A stretch of DNA of 64,000 nt, from the NCBI RefSeq assembly GCF_003704095.1, contig NW_020844672.1, positions 186,001 through 250,000 on the forward strand, read 5' to 3'. The notes under the pieces were generated by a model that saw only the letters and a program-made list of their open reading frames with translations, searched no databases and was not told the origin of the DNA. The translations under genes were made by a program, and so were the position numbers. The stretch is from Pocillopora damicornis (lineage: Eukaryota). Each line of letters begins with the position of its first letter. Position 1 is the first letter of the stretch. This document shows, one piece after another, positions 13,620 to 24,936 of the stretch.

Positions 13620-15713
13620 TAAGTCTCTGTTTACTTTTTGTGGTCTTGAGGAGGACCCTTTGTACCCAGGCAAAAATAATTTGGGGTAGGTGGGTGGGTA
13701 GTCTTTTATATCTTTGAAGTCAATGATCATTACTTTTTATGAGGCAATGAATTTTCTCTGGTTTAATTAGCTTAATTATTATCTATTGATGCACCTTTTC
13801 AAGAGACTTCTATCGATGCATATACTTAACGACAAAATAGTCACAGATTAACAATGAATTAGAAAAGAAGCTGACAGATTTTTGGCTTTGAGTCAAGTCA
13901 GGAATTACAAATATTTATAAACGTTACTAGAAAGAGAAATAGGAACGAGACAACAAAAGCGTTGGTTCCCTCGGGCGGGCAGTATTTTACATCGTGGCTC
14001 CTTCCAAAGGTGTGATAGCGTAGGTGTTTCATATCTTGTCGCTATTTAATCGGTTTTCTTTGGTATAACTCAAGATGAAACTTTCACGAGCCAGCCGCCA
14101 TGGGCATGCATGAAGAGTATCTGTAGACTAGTAAACGCTTATCTTGAAATCGTCCTTCCGTGCATGTCTGGTCCTCCATAGTTTTACAGACCGTCCGCCA
14201 TAAGTGGCTTACATTACCTAATAGTTTGATCCATTTAACAAAATAATAGCTTGCAACTGTCGTGTTTTGTTTCAGTTGTAAATCACAGAAGACTTGAAAT
14301 CTGGTTACAGAAAAAGCGTGACACTCGAGCCGCAAGCAAGTCATTAATTGTCTTCACCAAATTTTGACGGCTTCTGTTATTATCTGAAATAAACACTGTA
14401 AATCTATTATTTAAAAAAAGAAGGAAGAAAATTCTGGAAATGTGGATTAAAAAAGTTAAACAGTTTTGTATGAACACCCCACCGAATAACAAACAGTAAC
14501 AAGTCGCAAAAAGTAAAACCTCTAAGTGCGGAGAGATTTGTAAGAGATTAAAAGCTCTTGATGAGTCGGCAAAAACTCCAAAAATGTAGTTATTTTTTAA
14601 GAAAGAGGGTTGTGGTTTGAAGATGGGCTTGACTGTTTCGGACGTGGTCTTCCAAAAGTATTGAAACAAGTTCAAGTTCAGATCCGTTTTTCCGGATGTT
14701 TCGGCAAAAATTTTCCACACTCCTACGCATCAACTGAGTTTAAATAAAACGGATGCGAGTTTCTCTTGTTTAGGTTGCCCCCTCGAAAAAAATTGCGTCC
14801 TATTGTTTTGTTGATTGCATGTCGTTGATGACCTCCAATGTTTTAATTCTGTGCCATTTCCTCTTCATTTGTAGTTTAGACAGTTATCTCCCGTACAAAT
14901 CCGTAGACATCGCCTAAAGGAATCTTGCTCCGACTTGAATAAATTCTTTAGAATTCCCAGTGAAAACAAATTAACAAGATTAAAATGCTATTTAAGGCCT
15001 CGGCAAACTTTTTTTTAAACTTCTACTGCATATGTTGTCGTCAATCTGTATTTATTTCGTGACCACGATTTTGAACTTAGAATCCCACAGACAATATAGT
15101 TAATGGGAAAATTGGTGGAGCATTTTAATGAATCGAGTCACGGTAAAAATTAATTTGTTATGACCGGATTTTCACAAGTTGAAGTTGGCTAGTTCGGACG
15201 AATTCATTCATAAACCCTGAAAATTGATACGCCGACCTCTTCGCCTGCAGTGAAAACCGAAGAATATTAAAAACCTTGAACATGCTTCGAGTTGATGACG
15301 TGTTCCATGCTCACGCGACGGAACATTTCATAGTGTTCTTATTCAAATGGAGCACAGTGAACTAGCAATGCGTACGATATAAGATTGAATTTAAAACTAG
15401 CGTATGGTTGTTGTTTGTCCAGATAATTCTTCAGTTCAGTGTAGAATATTTCATTAATTTACTTTGTTCGTAATAACACTGGCACATCATGTATTTCCCT
15501 CAAACTTTTCGGCAGAGTTGTTTATAAAAATTAAATGCCGTATGGATTTCCTACGCCTACTCAAAAGTTCAGCCAAACTACGCTTAAAATTGTCTTCGAT
15601 GGCGCTTCCGTTCTTCCGCTGACAGTAATCCCGTCACATTTCGTCCTTTTTAAGTCTATAAATTTCGAAATATGAATTCAACAACTTTTGAAGTCTGAAA
15701 TGATATAGCAGCG

Positions 15714-15977
15714 TCAAACTTGCCCATTCCAGTCCTTACTGAGGTATAAACCAGTTCTGAAGTTACCAATCCCTCTCTCCGCCAGTAAGTTTCTCTTGTT
15801 TCGTATTTCCTCGAAATAACTGGCTGCAAATTCCACCAAGTCTTCATTTCGGGGTTTTTCATTGATAGCTGTTATGGTGAAACCTTCTAGTAGACAAATA
15901 AGATCTTCTGTAATACTGAACGGGTTCACTAACTGAGACGAAAACTTCCCATGTTTGGCAGCAATCTTCTGATGCAT
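15714..15977 (-). CDS. RIIa (PKA-RII dimerisation/docking) domain microprotein, paralog A (~87 aa)
   Basis: First in-frame ATG at 15977; ITEDLICLLEGFTITAINEKPRNEDLVEFAASYFEEIR fits the RII D/D pattern; ends LSKDWNGQV*. Confidence 0.7.
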   Translation of the reverse strand: MHQKIAAKHGKFSSQLVNPFSITEDLICLLEGFTITAINEKPRNEDLVEFAASYFEEIRNKRNLLAERGIGNFRTGLYLSKDWNGQV

Positions 15978-17047
15978 TTCTTCAAATAGCCGTCGCAAAG
16001 AATTTAACTTTTTTATGAAATGGACCTTCGCCTTGCTCCCAGCCTCTTGCTGTGAAAATACGTTATGGCCACTCTCAATGAAATCCCACAAGTTTAAATA
16101 GGGCGATATATCAGCCTGAGTATTTATCACGGAAAGTTGCGAAGCCCTCACGCGAACCTCTTAAGACGGTGAATATGTGAACAATTGGATAAAAGATCTA
16201 AATATAAATGTCCAGTTCAACCACCAATACCCTGAATTGACCGGACACTTCATAAAAATATGCAGCTCTTGTTATTACTCGGTTTGGTTAACCAATTGCG
16301 ATGATAAAAACCCACAGTTATCTCTCTCATGGCATTTAATCACCTTAATTGACTTAGGAAAGAGATTATAATCTTAAAACATAACTTATTATCCGATAAA
16401 ATCCTATGCGACAACAGTCATGCTGGGATTTTAAAGGAATTATTTCAATGCACGTAAACTAAGACAATACCAGGTCGAGATTCGGTCAATGACTATTGGA
16501 AGACATGTCTGAACGCCCGTAAAGGTGTTAGTTTTCTATACATCCAGAAGCTTAGCTTTTAAATTACCTCGCCAACTAGGGGACCGCTCGTTCACCAAAA
16601 AACTTGTATTACGCTACTCATGCAGGCAAAAGCTGCTAAATGCAAGTTTTGACGCATCTCATGAATTCAGTTATCACCAGAATGTGCTTGGCCATCCAAT
16701 ATGAATTAATAAAGTTAGGTTTTCGCTGATAGCGTGTTTCACGCCCTCTCTCACGTTACAACCCCTGCTGGTGGCAAGCACTTCCGCTCGAATACAAATA
16801 AACAAAAATGACGACGAAAGACAAGCCCGGAAATAACTCCCTTGACCACAAAATTTTCCATGAATTTCCTGCACGCGTGCGCACACAACCGTGCTTTTGT
16901 TTTAGCTATATCGTCGTTCTACGCCTCACATTTCTTTATTTCTTTGAATTCGCTAATTTCGTGAAGTTTCCTTAGCACTTTAACCTTCCCTTAACTTGGT
17001 TTCAGAAGTCTTAAGCGAATAATTCTCTCGTTCGTAACACGAGATAT

Positions 17048-17412
17048 TAGGGACTTTTAGCAGTTAGAACGGCAACACCAAGGAAGACTTCGATTTAAAA
17101 ATGAATATATTTGTTTAGTTGGAATTTCGCGACTGACAGAATGTGTTCACCATCTCTTACGGCGCCGCGAGTTAATCTCAGCATAACGTATAAGAGCGGC
17201 GTTGAGTTCCAAACGGAAACTTTAACAATTTGCCGTCGGGGTTTCCTTTCTTCGACCACGCAAATGTTGATGATTTCACGTTATTTCACAGAGGACGGCT
17301 TAGAAATGTACGCAGTTTTAAAACGCACGTGCTGAGCTATTGTTCTGCTCATTTGATCTTTTGTTTTGCCATGTCCTCGTTGCCGTCGCCGTCGCGGCTT
17401 GCTAAAGGTCCC
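17048..17412. mobile_element. MITE-like element between the RIIa genes
   Basis: tagggacttttagca ... tgctaaaggtccc inverted termini, with acggcaac/gttgccgt inside them. Confidence 0.55.
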
Positions 17413-17965
17413 CCAAAAACGACTATGACGTAATGTCCGATATCACCGGTCGTGAGCGTTCCTGCACAGAAACTTCGCACGGCAAACGCAGTTTGGATGT
17501 TATATATCCGGCATTTAAATTTTTCTTTTGCTTTATCTTATTGCATAAATTCAGTCACCATTTCTCATAAAGATTTTCCATGACCACTCCATTGGTTTTG
17601 ATCACCAGGCTTTAACGAAAATGTCTAGCTTCTATAGGGCGGCCTGAGCACGTCATCCTTTTTCGAGGCAACTCTCAGCGGCCAAATATTTGCGCATGTG
17701 CGAGCCTTAAAGTAGCTAAGTGGTGTGTACGATCGTTGCTTTTCCTGCGGCTGACCTAGTATGGGGTTCCGTCTGGTCTCTAGCGCTGTAGTTTTTAACT
17801 GTCAGCACTGCTTCAGGGAGATAGTGGGCCTACGAGCCTTGGCGAGGGTCAGAGGGTCTTTAGAGTTCACGCCCACCGAGTATTCGCTAAGGACGAGATT
17901 GCGCGCGCTAATCAGGTTACGTCATAGTTCATAATTTTTTTAACGGAAGAACTGCTCACTAAATT

Positions 17966-18202
17966 ATGGATAACATGGCATCCCACTCGAGAGAGAGAGC
18001 AATTCCTCCAGGACTTGTGGAGCTCCTTGAAGGATTTGTACTTGTAATTTTGCGTGACAAGCCAGAAGACTTGCTGGAGTATGCTGTTAAATATTTTTCC
18101 TCAGCAAAGAGGAGGAAGAGCTCTCTGAGAGAACATGGAGCAAGCGTTGAAGACCTGGGAGTGGACTTCTACACGGCTACAGACTGGAACGGGCTGGTCT
18201 AA
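17966..18202 (+). CDS. RIIa (PKA-RII dimerisation/docking) domain microprotein, paralog B (78 aa)
   Basis: IPPGLVELLEGFVLVILRDKPEDLLEYAVKYF closely resembles the RII-alpha N-terminus ([32 protein letters not shown]). Ends TATDWNGLV*; AATAAA near 18394. Confidence 0.85.
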   Translation: MDNMASHSRERAIPPGLVELLEGFVLVILRDKPEDLLEYAVKYFSSAKRRKSSLREHGASVEDLGVDFYTATDWNGLV

Positions 18203-18502
18203 ACAATCCTTACAAGAGAATCTGTGCTGTGTGTTTAGAGTGAACTGTCATGCTAGTATGTCAGTTTAACATTAATAACTATTAATATATTATTTTCTTC
18301 ATCAAGCTGTAGGGGCCAAATGAAATCATAGAATAAGCTATTGCTTTTGAACTCCAGATAAACAACACGAATACACTGGAAATTTATCATGTCAATAAAC
18401 CTGTTGGGGTTATAAATGAGCCTAAAACCAACATACGATTTCTACATTGAATTCACTGCTGTTTTATTCGTCCTTTCATTACAGCATTAACAGTTGAGCA
18501 AT

Positions 18503-21500
18503 TTATTTTCCTTCTCTCTTCATGCTCAGTACTGCCTCTTTAGCAGCCCTTCTCCGCTCTACAGTCAGCATCTCAGCACGTTTGACACTCTTAGCGTGAG
18601 GGTTCAGCTTCATCAGCACGCCCAAATTCTTGAGTGGATTCTTCTTACGGATTGCTCGGCGGGTCCTCTTAGGTCTAAAAAATCAAAAATTCAATTTTAA
18701 TCAGCATTAAGATCCGAAATGAATGAAGACGATCTTCTGAAAAAGTTCAGGCCTATACGGGATTTAAACCCACGACCTTAGCAATACCAGTGCAGTGCTC
18801 TACCAACTGAGTTAACAAGCCAACTGGGAGCTGGTCATTTAGTTGGTTCGTAATAAACCCGTGAATTGATGAATAAATGATTGTGAATATATTAAAATGA
18901 TATATGTGAAACGCTGATTAAGAAATGAATGAGAGCGATCTTCAGAGGAATGAACACCAATTAATCAGTGGTAAAAATGAGGCCTGAAAGAAAACTTCAG
19001 GCCTGTAAGGGATTTGGACCCATGACCTCAAGAACGACACCTCAGTTTATCTTGCCCTTTCACCCCAACAGATCTGATTGATACCTCTCCCAACAGGCTG
19101 ATATAATTTTCTATTAACCGTTAACGTTTCACACCCTAACATCAGTATACAAACTCTCCATACTGTTCTTAAGGTGCTGACAAAGAGAACTTGTTTAGAT
19201 ATCAAGAGCTTTAACACTTCCTTTATTTTTCCTGACTTTAATGTGTGATTCAGGGGTGACAATGTATGGAGAGAGTTAATGAAACTCTGAGAAAATCTTT
19301 CTAAATTTATTCCAGATACACAAAAAAAGACATTAAAAAAAAAACACATTTACACTGTAGGGAGAAGGTACATGTGTATGTGTCAATCAAATCTGGGATA
19401 CACAAAGCCACCACTGTGAATGAGGTCTCTTATGAAAAAATTTCCAATGATACTATGAGATGTGAACTCTAATTGCTACTAATCAAGTTCTTCCAATGCT
19501 TATTGCCAAAGCAAACAGAGATGAAAAAGATGTACTGTAATTCATTCATGTAGCCTGTGTCCCAAATGGGATTGTACTTTTTTTTTGTAAGTGAGCCTAG
19601 AAACCATAGCTGCCCTGTAAATAGTTACAACACTTGAGAATCGAGTATGTAGATGATGTGCCTTCCATTTAGATTGGGAATTTCCCGTTAAAATTTTCAT
19701 AAAGAACTATCAAATTGAAACCATACAAATCCCATCACATTAGAATAGGGATGGTCTGCCAAAATGTTATACCATACAGGCTGTTGAAAAAGTTTCAACA
19801 CCACAAATTTGAATTTTCTACAGTTATCAACTAACTGGATTTGCCTCTTGCAGTACAGTGGAAACATTTACACTCAATTGCTACCACATCACCTTGCACA
19901 CATCTACAATCTAATTATTACTTACCCGGCAGGTCTGATAACAGACTGTATCTCCTCACTGTTGATGAGGCGATTGAGGTCAGCATTGCTCATGATTGTT
20001 TTGGGAAGACTTTAAAGGGTAAAATGAGAAAGCTGTGTCAATTCATTACATGCAATTGATATAATTATCATGACAACCTCTCAAAACCACATAAAAACAC
20101 TTGAGTTCTATAATGGGTGATTCAAGCTAAGAACCTCAAAAGCCCTGAACCAATTCCAGTCAATCATTGTGGACAAGTCTCAAAGACACCTAAACACTTT
20201 TAGTAGAAGGAACAATGACAGGCACTTCAATTGGTATTCTAGCTTTTCAGCTAATTTTAAATTTTTTAAGGTAAGATACATTAAGTACCAATTTTGATTA
20301 ACTCTTCTGGGAAATGCTTGTGATTGCAGACCAATTCAACACACTCATTCGATACTCTAAAGTGATTAGACCTAGAGGGGAAAGTCCACCATGCCTTCAT
20401 TCATTTGTCAAGCCTCTCAGTACAACTGATAACTTATTCTCCCACATTGCTGTGGTCAAGTCTAAAGTTGCAACTGCAAGAAGGCTCAAGCAAAATTAGT
20501 AAGCTTTAACACTTTAAATCTTATGTGCAGTGGGCTACATTTGCAGCAATCCCCTTACTTCAACTTAACAAAAATGAAATTAAAATTTTCTTACTTGAAA
20601 TCCTTCTTTTCTGTGGATGGTTTCTTTCCTGTTCCATACAAGGCATCAAGCTTCTCGATTGCTCCCTTGCTCCAGATGCAAAACCTATGAGACAGAACAA
20701 ACAAAATACATTGAAGATCTGAATCAACCGCTCATGATATCCTAAACTATTGAGACTGATATCAAAAGCAGCAGTTAATGGTGTGTTGACTTTAAGAGTG
20801 TACAAGCCACGATAATGTGGAGTAACGTAAACTCATGTTCTTGATATTCATCTTGTGTCCTCCTACCTGCCTAGGTGACCACCAGGGCAAAGCTTCAGAA
20901 GATTCAGACGATCCACTGACAAGATATCAACCCCTGGTAAATTGCGAAAAGCCTTTTTCACTCCATGATCTTCATTGTAGATGATGAGGGGCCCTTTACG
21001 CATCACAGTTCTACGGTTGCGCATCTTGCCCTGATAGAAAATTTAAATTGAATATTACCAAGGTACAAATGTATAAGAGAGGAAATCTTTAATTGAAAAA
21101 TACTCAAGATTAACTTGGTTTTTAAAATTAGAACCTAGTTTTCCATTCACTATGAGGAAGGGCAATGTTGTTAACATGTAAAGGGCAATGAATATCAAGT
21201 TTTGCAACTGGTTGCATCATCACAATACCATATTTTACCTTTGCAATGCCTTCTGGCTGGTCTACAACCAAGGGGTTCATCCTCTTTCTATCAAGAATCA
21301 CTTAGGTTGAACCCTCCATCAGAACATAGAAATGCTCAACTGTTTTCAAATTCTTCAGTCCAAACTTACTTTGCCTGCACGGATCTTCTTCGACTCCTTG
21401 CATTTTTCTACATCTCCATAAGCATTTATTGACTTGAGGAGCTTCACTGCAGCACTAGTCTTCTGAAGGGATTCAATTCCATCTGAAACAACCAATGGAA

Positions 21501-23951
21501 CCTCAGGGATCTCATCAACATGGTGACCACGAGCCATCACAAGAGCAGGGAGGGCAGAAGCAGCCAGGGCTGAGCACATAGCATATCGGCGCTGTTTCTG
21601 ATTGATCTTTCGATGCCAGCGTCGCCAGGTTTTTGTAGGAGCAAACATACGTCCACCTCTACACATCTAAGTTGCAAGTAAAGGAAGTACAAAACTATTG
21701 CAGCAAACATACCGTAACTCCTAAATAGGGTGCATATAGTATTCCCATTCATAAGAAACCCCCTTCAGACAGCATACAATTATATATGGTCATAACTGCA
21801 ACATGCACATACAGCGAGGATAGATTTGGGCCAGTCAAATGTTAGGATGAACTTCAAGATCTTCCTAGGATAACAACACAAGGTCAATTATTTGGTTGGC
21901 TGAGAATGTGGTTTGTGTTAAGTGACTTAGAACTCCTCATTTAGACACCAAAATCTATGAAAGACAAGAGTTCAACCATGAATGGGATTATCTAACATTT
22001 GCATTCCAATCCAATTATAACATATTTGATGTTACAGAAAAGCATGCAATCTAATTAGCATTAATTAAGAACAAACAGAAATCTAACACAGGGTTAAAGG
22101 GAATTCAAGTCAAGGTAAGCCACATGCCTGGCATATTGCCAGATTAACCAAATTGTCAAATAACACCTACATGACAAAAAGATAGCAAGTAACTATGACC
22201 TTTGAAATCATCACACACTTAGACATGGAAATGCATGATGCACACCTAGCATAAATAGTCAGAAGCACAAGTTTAAAAAGAGCATCATAGTATGACAAAA
22301 TTATTTCAAACTCCTTCGGTACAAACGAATGATTTAGGCCCATCACCATCTGGACTTTGATTTCAGGAAATTTAAACAATACATATGATGAAAAAAATTG
22401 GTTTGTATTAAATAATCTCAAGTTCAAGGATACATTGCCAAAAGCACCCTGGCCTGAGCGGTGTGTACCACCACCTCTCACACGAGGAATCCTGGCAACA
22501 GCGCGACCAGTACCCCAGGACTCAGCAGATGTCTGATGACCTGCAAGCTTGTTCACAGCATAAGGTTGCCGTTTGTTCTTGGCCATGTTGGTGTGGACAA
22601 AGCCCACAACATCAGGACGAATGGGAGCTTTGAAAACAGCAGGCAGGGTGGTCTGTCCAACATTTTCTCCTGCCTCATCGTATACTGTTATTAATGGTCT
22701 AGCCGCCTAGAAGAAAAGACAACAAGCATGTATTTTTCATTCTTACATCATGGCTATCCATTTAATGTAAATTGGATGGCACAATTCTTACAGTGGCTGA
22801 TGGATGGCTTAAAAGAGCTTTACAAACTGTCTTAGGTGTCTGGGAACATAGTCACAGGCAGAATTTTTTGAAATGTACAGTCCTCAAAAATGACACACAA
22901 TGCAAAGAATCCCACGTTATTTTTAAACTTGTGTCACACCAAATACACAAAATCCAGCTTCTTAAACTGGTTGTGTACCATTCTAGAAAGAAAAAAAGAT
23001 GATAGACTTAAATTGAGTTACTCTAGTGTTATGGTCCCACTATGTTTAAGATTACACGAGACTTTATAATTTGACCAGAGTTTTATGATCCCACTCTGTT
23101 TAAGATCATATGAGACTTAATTTGACCACAGTAACTAAAAATAAGCTAAAGGCCTGTTATAAGGGACAAAACTATACAGCTTGATTGTTTGGGTCAGTAT
23201 AGATTTTTGTAGTTAAGCTATTTTCATGGGAACATATCCCATCTCTTCAGACACAAGCCCTACACATAGGAAAAATTTGAGATCATATAAGCTATTGCAC
23301 TCATGAGTGTTTCCTACTTCAACAATTTTGAAGGAGAGACACTATTTGACCGTTGGTTAGACTCCAGGGGCCTCGAGGAAACACTCTAATGACAAGACAT
23401 ACATCATAAATTCCAAATAGTTTTAACAGACTGCACATGATTCACCACTACGGATGAAAAACGAACATTTGTCTCTCATCTTTAAACTAACAACACTCTT
23501 CTTGCCATTTGCTATTTTCTTTGTATGTGTTTCAATAAATACAACACAAACCATGGATATATTTCAAAGGCAGCCTTATTTTCTCCCAGCTTATCTGATG
23601 ACCAGTACATTTTTCTTCGTTTGCTCCGTCAAGAGCAAACTACCTTGGCAATTTTATACATAGAAGGACACAGTTTAACGTTCAAATTCAGAATTAAGCT
23701 TTCTATTCGACATCGTGAAAGGTTTAAAGGAGCATTTTCCGTGTGATCCCCCCAAAATTAAGTCTAAACGCAAGTTCGAACAGCACCGTAACGAAACTAA
23801 ACGCAAAATTCCATGCCAAATATGTTATATTTTAGCGTCATATTTGGTGAGTTTGCAGATTAGTTTATATTGAATCTAAATGATACGATAGGAAGTTTTG
23901 GCTGGGTAACAGATTAAAATAATTTGACTTTTTTGTCTTCTCACCCACCAT
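18503..23951 (-). CDS. RPL4: 60S ribosomal protein L4 (uL4), 7 coding exons, ~360 aa
   Basis: Exons 23951-23949 (ATG), 22706-22434, 21666-21370, 21030-20867, 20684-20595, 20009-19926 and 18674-18503 total 1083 nt in frame; [21 protein letters not shown]...[23 protein letters not shown]. Confidence 0.97.
18745..19030 (-). repeat. tRNA-derived repeat, one full unit plus a partial second copy, in RPL4 last intron
   Basis: Minus strand taactcagttggtagagcactgcactggtattgctaaggtcgtgggtttaaatcccgtataggcctgaa; the ttcaggcct.ta.gggattt segment recurs ~250 bp later. Confidence 0.6.
19120..19280. repeat. Interspersed ttaaccct...agggttaa MITE-like family, degenerate copy
   Basis: acaccctaacatcagtatacaaactctccatactgttct...gtgctgaca...ttaatgtgtgattcaggggtg; same family at 59172-59532. 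Confidence 0.6.
21667..22433 (-). other. U12-type (minor spliceosome) GT-AG intron in RPL4
   Basis: 5' splice site GTATCCTTG; branch point TTCCTTTAC (21686-21678) about 12 nt from the AG; no polypyrimidine tract. Confidence 0.9.
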
Positions 23952-23964
23952 TATATCGTAATTT

Positions 23965-23989
23965 CAAGATGGCCGGCGAAAGAGGAAGA
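23965..23989 (-). promoter_or_regulatory. 5'TOP/TCT pyrimidine initiator of RPL4 with an adjacent YY1-like site
   Basis: Minus strand tcttcctctttc lies about 30 nt before the ATG; caagatggccg on +. Confidence 0.7.
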
Positions 23990-24517
23990 TTGTACCACGT
24001 GTGTAAAGATTAGTGGGGCTGCCCAGCGAATCTCGAAGGGTTTGTAGTGCCCAGATCCCCTCATTTTTTTTTTTTTAACATTTTTTTATTAATGTATTTT
24101 GGTAAGCTTGAACTTTCATTTAACACTCCCAGGTTTTTCGTGAAATCAACAACAAACTGCAGTGGTATTCTTTCAAGAGCTGTAAGTCCACAGTTCTCTG
24201 AATAGGGTTGTAATTTAATTCTAATTAAATCATCATCACATCCGCGATCTCTAACCGGAACTGAATATTGTGCATATATAAAGAGGAATCTATGCAAAGT
24301 TGATTAAATTGTATTTTATGTTTTCGTAACACTTAAAAAAAGACAAAAAAAATTTCAAGAGTTTCTAAATCAATCCTCATGTTACACGATCTAGAGAAGC
24401 TCAGGATAAACTTGTGAGCAGTTTTGAGTTTTTCTCTCCTCAGGAAAAACCACATCAAGCACTTTATTTACACGGAGTACGTCAAAGTGGTAATCAGATT
24501 GTTACGTACAAGCTAAG

Positions 24518-24936
24518 CTAGTATACGATTGTATAAATGCACACTGCGAATGCAATCTTATTGATCAAGACACGAACTAAATGAGCCCTGCTCCACCTCA
24601 CAACACGATCTACTACGTAGGTAGGATCCTTTTTCGAACAGACATTTTCGTGGATGATAGGGTCGATGAAATAGGGCTTCAGAACTAATAGAGTGTAATG
24701 CATGTTAAATAAAAGCAGCCCAGCGACAATTAGCCAGACAAACTCATCATCAGTCGTGCACAGCGATGGAAGCTCGTCAGCCATTGGCGATGGATTGCTA
24801 CAGCGTCCTTCATAGTCATTCTTGATGGCTGCTCCACGGCAACCACATACACAGCTATTCCTGTCATCCTGAGCCCGCAAAAAAACGTGTTCACACACTC
24901 GACAATCGTGAAGACTTTTTCTGGGTTTACGTTCAA
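24518..24936 (-). pseudogene. DUF1772/anthrone-oxygenase-like pseudogene
   Basis: Frame 1 gives GIAVYVVAVEQPSRMTMKDAVAIHRQWLTSFHR; frame 2 gives WLIVAGLLLFNMHYTLLVLKPYFIDPI...RWSRAHLVR. A frameshifting deletion of ~20 codons lies near 24740, and TTG occupies the start position. Confidence 0.8.

Noticed and set aside
15978-16151. N-terminal extension of the 145-aa ORF
   Set aside because: It depends on a GTG start; the first ATG (15977) gives a size matching the paralog.
22255-22350. Box C/D snoRNA (SNORD16/18-like) in the RPL4 U12 intron
   Set aside because: GTGATGG...CCGA...TGATGC...CTGA is present, but box C and terminal-stem spacing are imperfect and I found no convincing guide. The U16/U18 guides as I recall them are not visible in any RPL4 intron. 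A snoScan run would settle it.
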